A stretch of 64,000 nucleotides of DNA, taken from the IMG/VR virus record IMGVR_UViG_3300033405_000003; one strand, given 5' to 3'. A program made the position numbers and the translations under genes. This DNA is from a virus. Its lineage: Duplodnaviria > Caudoviricetes. Below are positions 9,303 through 18,504 of this stretch, in pieces; the first letter of the stretch is position 1; each line of letters begins with the position of its first letter. The notes beneath the pieces are model-generated. The model had not been told where the DNA came from and made no database searches. It saw nothing but the letters and a program-made list of their open reading frames with translations.

Positions 9303-9860
9303 ATGAGTCGAACGCAGCCGGACTGGATGGATGACGTGATCGCGGGACGCGCCGGACCCCTACCTTCAGCTATCCTTGGCGCGGTCGCTGCGGGCGCGGG
9401 CGCGCTGGTGTTCGAGAAGAGCCGTCCGCATGCCTTGCTCCTCGCGGGATGCGGAGCAGCCCTCGGAGCGCTTCATGCCACGCTCAAGAAGAAGGACGAT
9501 GGGGAGCGCCACATCATCTCCAGGGCAGCACCGAGCAAGACCGTTGGGCCGAGAGGCTGCGGCGCTGATCCCCGACAGACCGCGACGTACGCTCGATGGC
9601 GCTCGTGCGTCGAGACTGGCGCGCAAAACTGCGGCCCCAATCCAGGCTCCAACGAAGCCTACATGGACTGGCTCATGTGCCGCTGGCAGACCCAAGATCC
9701 CACGCTCGTGGCCTCGACCCAGCATAGCCTTGGCGTCGCGGCCGACGGCGTCATTGGCCGCGCGACGCGCGCTGCGCTCGCGCATCGCCAAGCTACCTGG
9801 GGATTGCCTGCGACGGGCGTGATGGACCGCGCGACGATGGAGAACTTCATCCTCGGTTAG
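9303..9860 (+). CDS. Membrane protein with peptidoglycan-binding domain
   Basis: Two TM segments; LGVAADGVIGRATRAAL...GLPATGVMDRAT. Confidence 0.75.
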   Translation: MSRTQPDWMDDVIAGRAGPLPSAILGAVAAGAGALVFEKSRPHALLLAGCGAALGALHATLKKKDDGERHIISRAAPSKTVGPRGCGADPRQTATYARWRSCVETGAQNCGPNPGSNEAYMDWLMCRWQTQDPTLVASTQHSLGVAADGVIGRATRAALAHRQATWGLPATGVMDRATMENFILG

Positions 9861-10258
9861 GGTTCGCCGCGCCAGAGGATGATCTTCCTCCGCGCCTCCT
9901 CGATCATCTCCGCGAGGTCGTCGCAAAGCTCGAGCGGGACGTAAGCCCGCGGGCTCCTGTCGTCCCACCACTGACCCTTGCCGGGCTTGAAGCTCACCGA
10001 CATCGTGAACCCGTTCGGGGGAGGACGCGTGTGGGTGATCACGCGGGTGCCGTCCCCTCGGATCGTCTCGACGGAGGTGCCGGGATCCTGCCAGTCGGGG
10101 TACAGGCCGATCGACAAGAGGGGGAAACGGCGACCCTTGGGCCTGTAGAGCCGGTGCGGCAGACGGTGCGGGTGGTCCTCCTCGCCCTCGTCCTCGAGAT
10201 CATTCGAGTCGACGTAGAACTGTCGATCGGTGACGCGCGTCCAGCCGGGGAACGTCAT
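9857..10258 (-). CDS. Hypothetical protein
   Basis: ATGA coupling with upstream ORF. Confidence 0.55.
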   Translation of the reverse strand: MTFPGWTRVTDRQFYVDSNDLEDEGEEDHPHRLPHRLYRPKGRRFPLLSIGLYPDWQDPGTSVETIRGDGTRVITHTRPPPNGFTMSVSFKPGKGQWWDDRSPRAYVPLELCDDLAEMIEEARRKIILWRGEP

Positions 10259-10596
10259 GGTTGACGGGACGCGATGACCGGCCACGTGTGAGGCAGCAGA
10301 GGTAGCTCGTCGTGCTTGCCGAGCTGTGTATGCCACTTGCCCCCGCTCCACGTCATGATCTCGGTTTGAATGACGCCGAGTCTTCGACCTTCCCGATCGT
10401 GCCAGGATCGCAGCACGCGGAACGGTATGCCGTCAGGGCTAACTTGGATGCGCGAGGTGCCTGCGAGGATCATCGCCGTGAGCCCGGAAAGAAGATCTCG
10501 CCGAGCTTCGCCCTCATCGAGGAATGACGGCCGCTCCGCGGGACGCGGAGCCGGCGATTGCCCCGCAGCCCGCAGAGGGTTAAGGGCCGCAATCAA
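10255..10596 (-). CDS. Hypothetical protein
   Basis: ORF track. Confidence 0.45.
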   Translation of the reverse strand: MIAALNPLRAAGQSPAPRPAERPSFLDEGEARRDLLSGLTAMILAGTSRIQVSPDGIPFRVLRSWHDREGRRLGVIQTEIMTWSGGKWHTQLGKHDELPLLPHTWPVIASRQP

Positions 10597-10748
10597 GATG
10601 TACGGGAGGACGATCGCGCCGTCAATACGCCGTCGTGCGTCTCGCGTCAGATTTCGCGCGTGCTACCGTCAGGACAAGCGACATGCTCACCCACCGTTCA
10701 CACGTCGAGAGGAGGTCCAGTGACAAATCTTTAGAGGTGTGAACGACC

Positions 10749-11585
10749 ATGTCCACGAAAAATCTCGCGCGCTCCATCATCGAAGGCGGGCGCTGCGGCC
10801 ACTACAAATCCGAAGTGAGCGAGCGGATCCGCGAGGAGCGGACAGCGAGGCGCGCGTACCTGCGCGCCGCCATCATCGACCCCGAGTGCGTCGACGACGA
10901 GCCCGCGCCGGTGAGGCGCCCGGTCTACCCGTGCTTCGACGACAAGCTCGGCCCGATCTACAGCTTCCTCGACTCGCGCGTCGGGCGCCGCTGGGACGCC
11001 GTGCGCTCGGAGCTTTTCCAGAAGTTCGACACGCGCACGACGCCCGGCCGGCACGTGATCTTCGACCACCTGCTCAAGGACGTCCGCGAGAGCCAGGAGC
11101 CGATCGACAAGCCGTACGCGGAGTACTTCGTCGACGAGGAGGGCCGGCTCGCGAAGAAGACCCGCGCGCGGCGCCGGGCCCGCCCTTGGGAGGGGCAGGC
11201 GCCCCGCCCGAAGAAGGAGCCCACCCTCCAGGAGGTCGCCACGTGGCTCGGGCCCCGCAAGGTCGGCAAGCTCGGCGCGACGCTCCAGTGGTTCGTCTCT
11301 GCGTGGGGCCGAGGGGGCATCCGCGCGTACGCCGGCCGAGAGGCGTACTGGAAGATCATCTACGTCCAGGTCGACGCGTCCGGCGAGCCGATCCGCGACC
11401 CGATCCTCCCGACCGCGAACATCACGTGGCCGTGGTGGTCCCCGAAGGACAGGCTCCGCGTCGTGCACGAGAGCCACCCCTTCCGCCAGTCCGGCACGCT
11501 CGGACCGAGGGACCACGCGTTCTTCCTCTCGCTCCCCGCGCACGTGCAGGAGATGCTGCTCGAGATGGCGCCCGTCAGGATGTGA
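10749..11585 (+). CDS. Hypothetical protein
   Basis: GAGGTG SD upstream; strong GC3 bias. Confidence 0.75.
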   Translation: MSTKNLARSIIEGGRCGHYKSEVSERIREERTARRAYLRAAIIDPECVDDEPAPVRRPVYPCFDDKLGPIYSFLDSRVGRRWDAVRSELFQKFDTRTTPGRHVIFDHLLKDVRESQEPIDKPYAEYFVDEEGRLAKKTRARRRARPWEGQAPRPKKEPTLQEVATWLGPRKVGKLGATLQWFVSAWGRGGIRAYAGREAYWKIIYVQVDASGEPIRDPILPTANITWPWWSPKDRLRVVHESHPFRQSGTLGPRDHAFFLSLPAHVQEMLLEMAPVRM

Positions 11586-11614
11586 CGACGGGTTCCATTG
11601 TGCTAACGCTCGCG

Positions 11615-11929
11615 ATGATGGTGATGACCCTCCACATCAACCGGCCGCGGCCGAAGACGAACCGACCACCGCTCGTCGCGACCCTCAAGGTCACGGGCCC
11701 CTACCGCGCCGAGCACCGCAAGAAGAAGACCTTCGGCATGTGGCGCGAGAACATCGAGGACGCCTTCCGCGACGCCAAGCGCCTCGGCAGCGGCGCCGCC
11801 GTCGTCTCGAGCGAGCGCGTGCTCCTCGCGAAGTTCGAGAACGCGGCGAAGTTCCTGCCGGAGGAGAGCCGGAAGGAGGCGCTGCCGCGCCGCCACAAGC
11901 GAATCACCCAGGAGGACGACGAAGATTGA
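11615..11929 (+). CDS. Hypothetical basic protein
   Basis: GC3-biased frame; start uncertain. Confidence 0.55.
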   Translation: MMVMTLHINRPRPKTNRPPLVATLKVTGPYRAEHRKKKTFGMWRENIEDAFRDAKRLGSGAAVVSSERVLLAKFENAAKFLPEESRKEALPRRHKRITQEDDED

Positions 11930-12143
11930 GCGCGAGGTTCTTCCTCCGCTCCCTCCGCTCGCGCGAGAGGCGGGCCGACCGCTCCGCCTTCGTCTCCGTG
12001 GGCGGACACTCGGTGCAGTAGCAATGCTCGGAGACGTTCGAGATGCTCCGCCTGACGACGTGCCCGCACGCGAGTACGCACTCCGACCTCTTGCCGCCCT
12101 TGTCCCTCTTGCGGCTGACGACGCGCTTCAAGACACCTCTCAT
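11904..12143 (-). CDS. Small Zn-binding protein
   Basis: LACGH...CTEC; AAGGAG SD. Confidence 0.55.
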   Translation of the reverse strand: MRGVLKRVVSRKRDKGGKRSECVLACGHVVRRSISNVSEHCYCTECPPTETKAERSARLSRERRERRKNLALNLRRPPG

Positions 12144-12262
12144 CCGGTGGCTCCTTGGTTGGGACCGGCGACCATAATGCCGCGGCCGGGGTGGGCCAAC
12201 TTTTCTGCGACGAATTTTGGCGGAGATTGACACCGGGGCTTCGCCCGCGCGAGGCTCGTGCC

Positions 12263-12454
12263 ATGGCGAGCAGGGTCGACGTCGTCGTTCCGCTATCTTG
12301 GACCAACGGGGACAGGGAACCGCTCGAAAAGTTCTGCCTCGCGATCGCCCCGACCATCAAGGCGAGGCCGGGCAAGGAGGGGCGGTTCTCCAAGGACTAC
12401 TCCTACTCCGTCGTCCGCGATCTCTTCGAGAAGTGGGTGAACGAGAACTTGTGA
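12263..12454 (+). CDS. Hypothetical protein
   Basis: GAGG SD, GC3 bias. Confidence 0.5.
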   Translation: MASRVDVVVPLSWTNGDREPLEKFCLAIAPTIKARPGKEGRFSKDYSYSVVRDLFEKWVNENL

Positions 12455-12459
12455 GGGGG

Positions 12460-12487
12460 TTGACGGCGAGAGGCCCATGGCTACACT
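12460..12487 (+). promoter_or_regulatory. Sigma70-like promoter for the Pth2/tRNA-like cluster
   Basis: TTGACG-16-TACACT. Confidence 0.6.
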
Positions 12488-12561
12488 CGAGCCCATGACC
12501 TGCTCGCTCCTACAGTGAATCGGCGGAACGCCGAACCGTTGCGAATCCCCTGACCCACTTC

Positions 12562-12855
12562 GTGATCGTCAGGGGAGACCTCCCGAGAGGCCTGCAGGGC
12601 GCCATGTTGGTGCACGCGGCCGGGGAGTCGAGCCCAGGAAACCTGCCGGAGAACACGCACGCCATCGTGCTCGCGGTGCCGGACGAGCCCTCGCTCGCGG
12701 CCGTCGCAGGGCGGCTCGCGAAGGCTTCCGTCCCGCACGTGACGATCCGTGAACCCGACGCGCCGTGGTGCGGCGCGCTCATGGCCATCGGCGTCGTGCC
12801 GGGGAGAAAGGAGGACCTCAGGCGACACCTCTCGTCGCTCCCCTTGCTCAAATAA
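12562..12855 (+). CDS. Peptidyl-tRNA hydrolase type 2 (Pth2-like); true start probably upstream
   Basis: (HF)VIVRGDLPRGLQGAMLVHAAGES, IVLAV, IREPD, LMAIGVVP, LSSLPLL. Confidence 0.8.
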   Translation: MIVRGDLPRGLQGAMLVHAAGESSPGNLPENTHAIVLAVPDEPSLAAVAGRLAKASVPHVTIREPDAPWCGALMAIGVVPGRKEDLRRHLSSLPLLK

Positions 12856-12871
12856 CGAGAAACGCAGTCAC

Positions 12872-12947
12872 GCCCTCTTAGCTCAGTGTTAGAGCACTCA
12901 TTTATCTAAATGAGAGGTCCGCCGTTCGACTCGGTGAGAGGGCTCCA
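12872..12947 (+). tRNA. tRNA-like gene with 8-nt anticodon loop (identity unassignable)
   Basis: GCCCTCT/AGAGGGC acceptor + TCCA; normal D and T arms; CTCAT-TTATCTAA-ATGAG. Confidence 0.8.
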
Positions 12948-12948
12948 T

Positions 12949-13002
12949 GGGGACGCCTTGCAGGTAAGCTGCAGCGCTGGTGTGAGTCCAGCCGTCCCCG
13001 CC
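12949..13002 (+). ncRNA. Minimal tRNA-like RNA lacking one arm
   Basis: GGGGACG/CGTCCCC acceptor, TGCAG-GTAAG-CTGCA hairpin, GCTGG-TGTGAGT-CCAGC T-like arm. Confidence 0.6.
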
Positions 13003-13003
13003 T

Positions 13004-13084
13004 GCGCGAATAGCTCAGTGGTAGAGCATCATCCTGCATCTTGGTGTAGGGTGAGGGTCGGTGGTTCAAGCCCATCTTCGCGCA
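13004..13084 (+). tRNA. tRNA-like gene with 11-bp anticodon stem
   Basis: GCGCGAA/TTCGCGC acceptor; TAGCTCAGTGGTAGAGC; TCATCCTGCAT-CTTG-GTGTAGGGTGA; GGTGG-TTCAAGC-CCATC. Confidence 0.8.
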
Positions 13085-13118
13085 CTGAATTAGCATTACT
13101 CATAATCCGATAAAACTA

Positions 13119-13193
13119 GGACCCTTAGCTCAGTAGGCAGAGCAGCGAGACTGTAGAACTCGCAGGTCGCCGGTTCGAGCCCGGCCGGGTCCG
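13119..13193 (+). tRNA. Atypical tRNA-Tyr(GTA)-like gene
   Basis: GCGAG-ACTGTAGAA-CTCGC (9-nt loop), short variable arm, GCCGG-TTCGAGC-CCGGC. Confidence 0.75.
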
Positions 13194-13214
13194 CCCAAAT
13201 ATCAGAATTTGGAA

Positions 13215-13589
13215 TTAGCGAATACGAACGAGCGTGCTGCCGATCGGCTGAGGATAGACTTCCCAGCGCGCGTACCGCTTCTTCACGAGGCGGATCCAAA
13301 GCGCCTGCTGCTGCTGGTAGGTGTCCTTCCGAACCTCTGATTCGTGGAGCGGGAGCCTGTCAAGGTAGCGCTTCTCCCCCGGCGTGAGCGGCGCGCACCA
13401 GACGGGCTTGGCATCCTCGGGAAGGTCCTCGAATTCGATGATGCCCATGCGGTGCTTCTTGCTGCACTTGACGCAGATGCGCCTGCCGCAGCGGCTGCAC
13501 ACGCGGCGCGTGTGGCCCCAGCACGCCTCGCACGCGGTCTCCTCGATCCTCTCCGGCGACCCCGGATCCATTCCTTCTTCGATAACCAT
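13215..13589 (-). CDS. Hypothetical Zn-finger protein
   Basis: Three CxxC pairs. Confidence 0.6.
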   Translation of the reverse strand: MVIEEGMDPGSPERIEETACEACWGHTRRVCSRCGRRICVKCSKKHRMGIIEFEDLPEDAKPVWCAPLTPGEKRYLDRLPLHESEVRKDTYQQQQALWIRLVKKRYARWEVYPQPIGSTLVRIR

Positions 13590-13640
13590 CCCTTATACAG
13601 ACGCCCGGAGCCGGCGATCCGATAAGCCCGTCGAGACGAT

Positions 13641-14369
13641 TCACGCGATGAGGCCGAGGTTCTTGAGCGCCGTGTAGACGGCCTGGAGCATCGCCTGCTC
13701 GTTGCCGGTGTACGCCGGCCCCGCGATCCCCGTCCCGCCACCTGCTTGCTGGGCGACACATGCCGCGCCGAAGAAGCCCACGAGCGCGGCGGCGCCACCG
13801 ACCGCGATGTCATTGTCGTTCGGGGCGTTGCCCCCGCCGATCGAGACGGAGTTCAGCCCGGCAGCGACGCCGCCGTTACCCCCGACGACGGCAGAGTTCT
13901 GCCCGCTCGCGACGCCGTTCGTCCCCCCGACGATGGCGCACCACGTGCCCGATGCGGTTCCGCCCGCGCTGCCGATGCACGCGCTGCCGAGCCCGCTCGC
14001 CGTAGAGCCGTTCGACGCGGCGCACACCGACGTCGTGCCGCTGCTCGTGCACAAGAACGAGGAGTAGACGCCGGCGCTCGAGCCGCTCGCCGTGTTGAGG
14101 AACCCGCCGAGGCACACCGTACCGCCATTACTGCAGGTGTTCGACGAGCCCCCGAGGCAGACGGAGACTTCCGCGAGCGGGGTCACCGTCTGGTTCACAC
14201 CGCTCTGAACGGTGGCGTTCGGGTCGGTCGTCACGATCGGCTGCCCGGGTCCTTGCTGCGTCCAGAGGAAACCGCTCGGCGGGGGCAGAACGGGCACGGG
14301 CGGCCAGACGTCCTGGGCCGGGACGACGCCCTGCTCGGAGATGGTGAGGTTCGGGACGATGTTGCTCAT
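13641..14369 (-). CDS. Gly-rich fibre/adhesin-like protein
   Basis: Repeating S-x-x-x-GG-x-x-x-x-ASG units; N-terminus shared with 53367-54236. Confidence 0.75.
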   Translation of the reverse strand: MSNIVPNLTISEQGVVPAQDVWPPVPVLPPPSGFLWTQQGPGQPIVTTDPNATVQSGVNQTVTPLAEVSVCLGGSSNTCSNGGTVCLGGFLNTASGSSAGVYSSFLCTSSGTTSVCAASNGSTASGLGSACIGSAGGTASGTWCAIVGGTNGVASGQNSAVVGGNGGVAAGLNSVSIGGGNAPNDNDIAVGGAAALVGFFGAACVAQQAGGGTGIAGPAYTGNEQAMLQAVYTALKNLGLIA

Positions 14370-14498
14370 GATCCGAGAGTCTCATCACTCCCGCGCGGGC
14401 CCAAATTCCCGCAATTTTTGGGAGCGGGACTCTGCGGGGGAGCCCCATTGAATTCGCACTTTTTGGGCCGCTCGAAAGCTCCCCGTATCATCGCGTGT

Positions 14499-14972
14499 AT
14501 GACCGATTACGCTGCGGCACCCATCCAGCCCATCCTCCAAGGGCTCGTGTCGATCGACCAGAACGGCAACCCTCAGTTCTTCGGCAAAGGCGCCTCCGCG
14601 GTCGCGCGCGTCACGGGCCAAGCTGCGGGGGTTTTCCAGCTCACGCTCGATCAGGGTCTGCCCGGGAACGCCGGCGCCATCGAGCCGCTCCCCACGAACT
14701 CGCCCTTCACGCCGCCGTTCCCGGACGACCCGGACCCGCGGACGACGATCACGATCCGCGGCACAGGCACGGTTCCCGGCACCACCATCTCCGAGGTCGT
14801 CGTGTCGTACGGCCCGGGGACGCCGGCGCCGGCGCCCGGCGTCGGCGACAACACCATCTTCGTTTCATTCGCGACCTCCGCGGGCGTCTTCACCGATCCC
14901 CCGGCGGGTTTCGAGATCATCACCTGGCTCGGCATCGGCAGCTCGCAGCTCCTGCCCGTCACATTCGCCTGA
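14499..14972 (+). CDS. Beta-rich hypothetical protein (paralog of next gene)
   Basis: MTDYAAAPIQPILQG; LTLDQGLPG. Confidence 0.7.
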   Translation: MTDYAAAPIQPILQGLVSIDQNGNPQFFGKGASAVARVTGQAAGVFQLTLDQGLPGNAGAIEPLPTNSPFTPPFPDDPDPRTTITIRGTGTVPGTTISEVVVSYGPGTPAPAPGVGDNTIFVSFATSAGVFTDPPAGFEIITWLGIGSSQLLPVTFA

Positions 14973-14981
14973 GGGGAGCCC

Positions 14982-15500
14982 ATGACCGACTACGCCGTTG
15001 CTGCCCTTCAGCCCATCGCCCAGGGCGTCATGACGATCTTCCAGCCCGAGATCGAGGTCGAAACGGCGGCGCGCCCGGCGCCGAAGCTCGAGAGCCCCAA
15101 GGGCCTCAAGACCCTCACGCGCATCCGGAGCCGCGCGGCGGCCGGCGACCCGACGCTCGAGTTCTACGGCCTCGGCGTCTCGGCGCTTGGGCTCGACGTC
15201 AACGACAACGTCCTTCTCACCCTCGACCCCGGCCTCCCCGGCGACGTCGCGCTCGACCCGAACTACGCGCGTACCCTCGTCCGAATCCGTACAACCGGGA
15301 CCTCGACGCCAACCACCATCATCGACGAGATCTCGGTGAGCTATCCAAGCCCGAACGTCATCGCGATCATGTTCGCGAGCGAAGGCTTCGTCGTCTTCCC
15401 GTTCCAGTTCGAGGTGATCGTCTTCCGGGGCAACGCGACGCCGGCGACCTACCAGGCGACCATGGTCGGGCCGCTCTTCCAGCCAATCACGACGGAGTGA
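14982..15500 (+). CDS. Beta-rich hypothetical protein (paralog of previous gene)
   Basis: MTDYAVAALQPIAQG; LTLDPGLPG; GAGGGGAG SD. Confidence 0.75.
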   Translation: MTDYAVAALQPIAQGVMTIFQPEIEVETAARPAPKLESPKGLKTLTRIRSRAAAGDPTLEFYGLGVSALGLDVNDNVLLTLDPGLPGDVALDPNYARTLVRIRTTGTSTPTTIIDEISVSYPSPNVIAIMFASEGFVVFPFQFEVIVFRGNATPATYQATMVGPLFQPITTE

Positions 15501-15540
15501 TCGACTCCACCAGCTCGACGCGCCGGGCAGCCGCCCGTTC

Positions 15541-15924
15541 TCAACTCCAGTTCGAGCAGAGCCACCATTTGCACTTCTTGGGCTTGAACGGGATCCCGAT
15601 GAACCCGCAGAGCGCCTCGATGGCCGCGAGGTCGGCTTCGATCTGCGCCTTCGTGAGCGCGAGCTTCTTGGGATCCACCGCGACGGGGTAGCCGCGGTTG
15701 GCGGTCATGGCGCGCGTGCCGACGATGTACATCGTGCACTCCGCCGAGCAGTGGAAGATGACTTCGGCGCCCGTCTTTTTCTCGGCTTCCGACAATCGGT
15801 CGTAGCCTGAGGTTCCGCCCTCGTCGTCGTCCTCCTCCATGATCGCGTCGATCTTCTCCGAGTCCTCCGACTCACCCTCGATCTCCATCCCGAAGACCAA
15901 GATCGCGTCCGTTGAGACTCCCAT
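15541..15924 (-). CDS. Phage-type hypothetical protein
   Basis: MGVSTDAILVFG start; GC3 bias. Confidence 0.7.
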   Translation of the reverse strand: MGVSTDAILVFGMEIEGESEDSEKIDAIMEEDDDEGGTSGYDRLSEAEKKTGAEVIFHCSAECTMYIVGTRAMTANRGYPVAVDPKKLALTKAQIEADLAAIEALCGFIGIPFKPKKCKWWLCSNWS

Positions 15925-15947
15925 CCGTCACCAGCCCTTTCGCGTCT

Positions 15948-16103
15948 TCAGCTCCCGCGGACGTCCTCGTCGAGGTCGTCGCGGTACTCGGCGAGCTTCG
16001 ACCCGTGCTCGTGCGCGCACGGCTCGCACACGATGAACCCCTCGCACTCGAACAGCTCCTCGGGCTCGGCGCCGCAGAGTTCGCACGACGACTCTTCGTT
16101 CAT
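15948..16103 (-). CDS. Small Cys-rich protein
   Basis: ATGA coupling; CELC...CEPC. Confidence 0.5.
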   Translation of the reverse strand: MNEESSCELCGAEPEELFECEGFIVCEPCAHEHGSKLAEYRDDLDEDVRGS

Positions 16104-16294
16104 CCGTCGCCCCTCGCAGCCTTTCTGCACCTGACCGGCATGTCGCTCTTGTGAAGCTCGACCGCGACGTGGGTCATCCCCGCCGCGGCAAGCTCCTCGG
16201 CGCGCGCCGCCACGCACTCGGGGTGCCGGCAGCGCGGCGGAAGCTCGCGCTTCGTCGTCTTTCGGTCCTGGTCGTGAGTCTGGTTCGTCTTCAT
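16100..16294 (-). CDS. Hypothetical protein
   Basis: Tightly packed in minus-strand run. Confidence 0.5.
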   Translation of the reverse strand: MKTNQTHDQDRKTTKRELPPRCRHPECVAARAEELAAAGMTHVAVELHKSDMPVRCRKAARGDG

Positions 16295-16296
16295 GG

Positions 16297-16629
16297 CTAA
16301 CCGTTCCTGAATGACGCGAGAACGATGCGCTCCCGCGCGACGCCGGCCTCGCCGATAGCCTCGCAGCGAGTCTTCTTCGGGTCGAGCCAGCGCGAGGCGC
16401 GTTCGTCGGGCTCACCGGCCGCGACGGCCCTCGCCGCCGCGATGTCGCGCGCATGGCGCTCGCCGGGCGCGACGATCACGAAGCCCGTGTGGGCGTCGCA
16501 GCCGACCTCCTTCCAGATCCCGAGGCGCGCGGCGCGCGCCCGCTGGTTCGTCAATTCCCCGGACTTCTCGAGGGACTTGATCTCCTGGAGCTTGTGGAGA
16601 GCCTCGAGCACGAGCCTGTAAATCTTCAT
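16297..16629 (-). CDS. Hypothetical protein
   Basis: GAGGAG SD; GFVIVA...IVLASF. Confidence 0.6.
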   Translation of the reverse strand: MKIYRLVLEALHKLQEIKSLEKSGELTNQRARAARLGIWKEVGCDAHTGFVIVAPGERHARDIAAARAVAAGEPDERASRWLDPKKTRCEAIGEAGVARERIVLASFRNG

Positions 16630-16643
16630 CGTCTTCACTCTCC

Positions 16644-17003
16644 TCAGTACGACGACTGCCAGTCGCGGAGACGGCAACTCGTGCTGGAGGACGCGTCGTC
16701 GATGGGCGTGACGCGGACCTCGATCATCCCGTCCTCGGTCCTCGTGTCGAGCGAGAAGCTCATCACGGCGTCGGTCGTCCGGCCGCCGCTCTTGTCCTGG
16801 TAGGCGAGCCAGCCCTTCCAGGCGCTCTTGCCGTGGGCCGCGTCGTGGCCCTTCTTGTAGGAGATGCTGACGAACTCCGCGCCCGGGTGGAAGCACTGGA
16901 GGATGGTGTCGCCGAAGCCGCCGCTGCTCGCGCGGGCGGTGTCTGGGGTCAAGTTCGCTGCGAACGCGAGGAGCGTGATGGAGAGGGATTTGAGGGTGTT
17001 CAT
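16644..17003 (-). CDS. Secreted hypothetical protein
   Basis: N-terminal signal peptide. Confidence 0.65.
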   Translation of the reverse strand: MNTLKSLSITLLAFAANLTPDTARASSGGFGDTILQCFHPGAEFVSISYKKGHDAAHGKSAWKGWLAYQDKSGGRTTDAVMSFSLDTRTEDGMIEVRVTPIDDASSSTSCRLRDWQSSY

Positions 17004-17013
17004 GGTGGTGGCA

Positions 17014-17424
17014 TCACTCGACTCCCGCGGAGAGGATCGCCTCGAGCTTCTCGATCTCGGCGTCGATGATCATGCGATCCGCCTTGAGCGCGTCGAGCCG
17101 GAGCCGCGCGAGCGCGAGGCGATCGTCGTGGGTGTACTCGACCTTGGCCGCGAGCCGGCCGGTCATGTCTCCGTGGGGCTCGGAGAACGCGCTCACGACG
17201 ACGTGGGGACCCGCCCACATGCGCTCGTCGTGGAAGAAAGTCACCTGGAGGGTCCAGCTCCCGAAGTCCTCGTCGAAGAGTATGTTCATGTTCCCGTCGC
17301 CCGGCGGGTGCTTCTTCCGCGCGAGGACGATCCCCTTCTCGAGGGCCGCGCGCATCTTGTCGCGGATGACCTCGGGCACGTTCTCGAGCCGCTCGACGGC
17401 GTACTCCCTCGTCGCGGTCGCCAT
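17014..17424 (-). CDS. Hypothetical protein
   Basis: Coupled to Ku stop. Confidence 0.65.
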   Translation of the reverse strand: MATATREYAVERLENVPEVIRDKMRAALEKGIVLARKKHPPGDGNMNILFDEDFGSWTLQVTFFHDERMWAGPHVVVSAFSEPHGDMTGRLAAKVEYTHDDRLALARLRLDALKADRMIIDAEIEKLEAILSAGVE

Positions 17425-18191
17425 CAGCTCGCCGTCAAGCTGCGCTTGAGCGCCTCGAAGAGGTCCGTGATGATGGCCTTGGGCGCCTCCTCGGCGAACG
17501 AGACCTCGAGCCCCGCGATCTTCTGGTCGACGGCCGCGCGGACGCGGTCCTGGTACTCGTCGCGGTACCTCTCCGCCTTGAACTCGGGCGAGCTGAGCTG
17601 CGCGATGAGCTTGAGCGCCATCTCCATCTCTAGGTCCTTGAACGCGGCCTTGGCGGGCGCGATCTCGTCGTAGCTCCGCACCTCGCCCGCGTAGTAGATG
17701 TACTGGAGGACGAGGCCGTTCTTGTACGGCCGGATGAAGACGACCTGCTGCCGGCCGCGGGTCCAGTAGCGGCCGACGGCGACCCGGCCGGCGCCCTCCA
17801 TGGCCTGCGCGAGGAGCTGGAACGCCTTGTCGCCGCCCTTGTCCGGCCCGATGTAGAAGCTCTTCTCGACGTGGATGGGGTCCACGGTCTCCTCGGGGAC
17901 GAACTCGGTGATCTCGAGCGAGTCGATCTTCGCGGACTCGAGCTTCTTCAGCTCCTCCTCCGTGAACTGGACGTACTGGTCCTTGGCGAACTCGAAGCCC
18001 TTGACCATGTCGGTGCGCTCGACGACGACGTTATCGACGGGGCAGAGATATTGCTGCTTCATCCGGCCGCCGCACTTCTTGTGGAGCAGGTTGAAGGAGA
18101 GGTTCTGCGAGGAGGCCGCCGTGTAGACCTTGAAGGGGATCGAGACGAGGCCGAAAGAGATGGTACCGGAACCGATTGCGCGGGCTGTCAT
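17424..18191 (-). CDS. ku: Ku DNA end-binding protein
   Basis: RAIGSGTISFGLVSIPFKVYTA, VKGFE, YYAGEVR, YRDEY, DLFEALKRSL. Confidence 0.95.
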   Translation of the reverse strand: MTARAIGSGTISFGLVSIPFKVYTAASSQNLSFNLLHKKCGGRMKQQYLCPVDNVVVERTDMVKGFEFAKDQYVQFTEEELKKLESAKIDSLEITEFVPEETVDPIHVEKSFYIGPDKGGDKAFQLLAQAMEGAGRVAVGRYWTRGRQQVVFIRPYKNGLVLQYIYYAGEVRSYDEIAPAKAAFKDLEMEMALKLIAQLSSPEFKAERYRDEYQDRVRAAVDQKIAGLEVSFAEEAPKAIITDLFEALKRSLTAS

Positions 18192-18215
18192 GGGGAGCAA
18201 GGTAACGATCCTGGG

Positions 18216-18267
18216 CTGGGAGTCAAGTGACGTTGTCTGGGAGTCAAGTGACATTGTTTGGGAGTTA
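18216..18267. repeat. 21-bp tandem repeats in divergent promoter region
   Basis: CTGGGAGTCAAGTGACRTTGT x2 plus partial third copy. Confidence 0.85.
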
Positions 18268-18311
18268 TCTAACCCTTGCGTTTCCGCAGCGGCATCGCTA
18301 CCTTGGCGGCC

Positions 18312-18500
18312 ATGAGGAAAGCCGACGAAGGCATCAGCACGGTCCAACTGTCCATCCGCGTCCCGAAGGACTGGCCGGCGCGCGCCGAGAGGATCGCGGA
18401 GAAGCTCTCCGTGCCCGGCATCACGTGCACGCGGATGGACGCGCTGCGCGCCGCACTCGAGATCGGGTTCAAGAGCCTCGAGAAGAGGAAGAAGAGGTAG
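18312..18500 (+). CDS. Ribbon-helix-helix-like regulator
   Basis: VQLSIRVPKDWPARAERIA...TRMDALRAAL. Confidence 0.7.
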   Translation: MRKADEGISTVQLSIRVPKDWPARAERIAEKLSVPGITCTRMDALRAALEIGFKSLEKRKKR

Positions 18501-18504
18501 CGAC

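Noticed and set aside
12949-13002. tmRNA
   Set aside because: Only ~54 nt with no tag ORF or pseudoknots; no second piece seen
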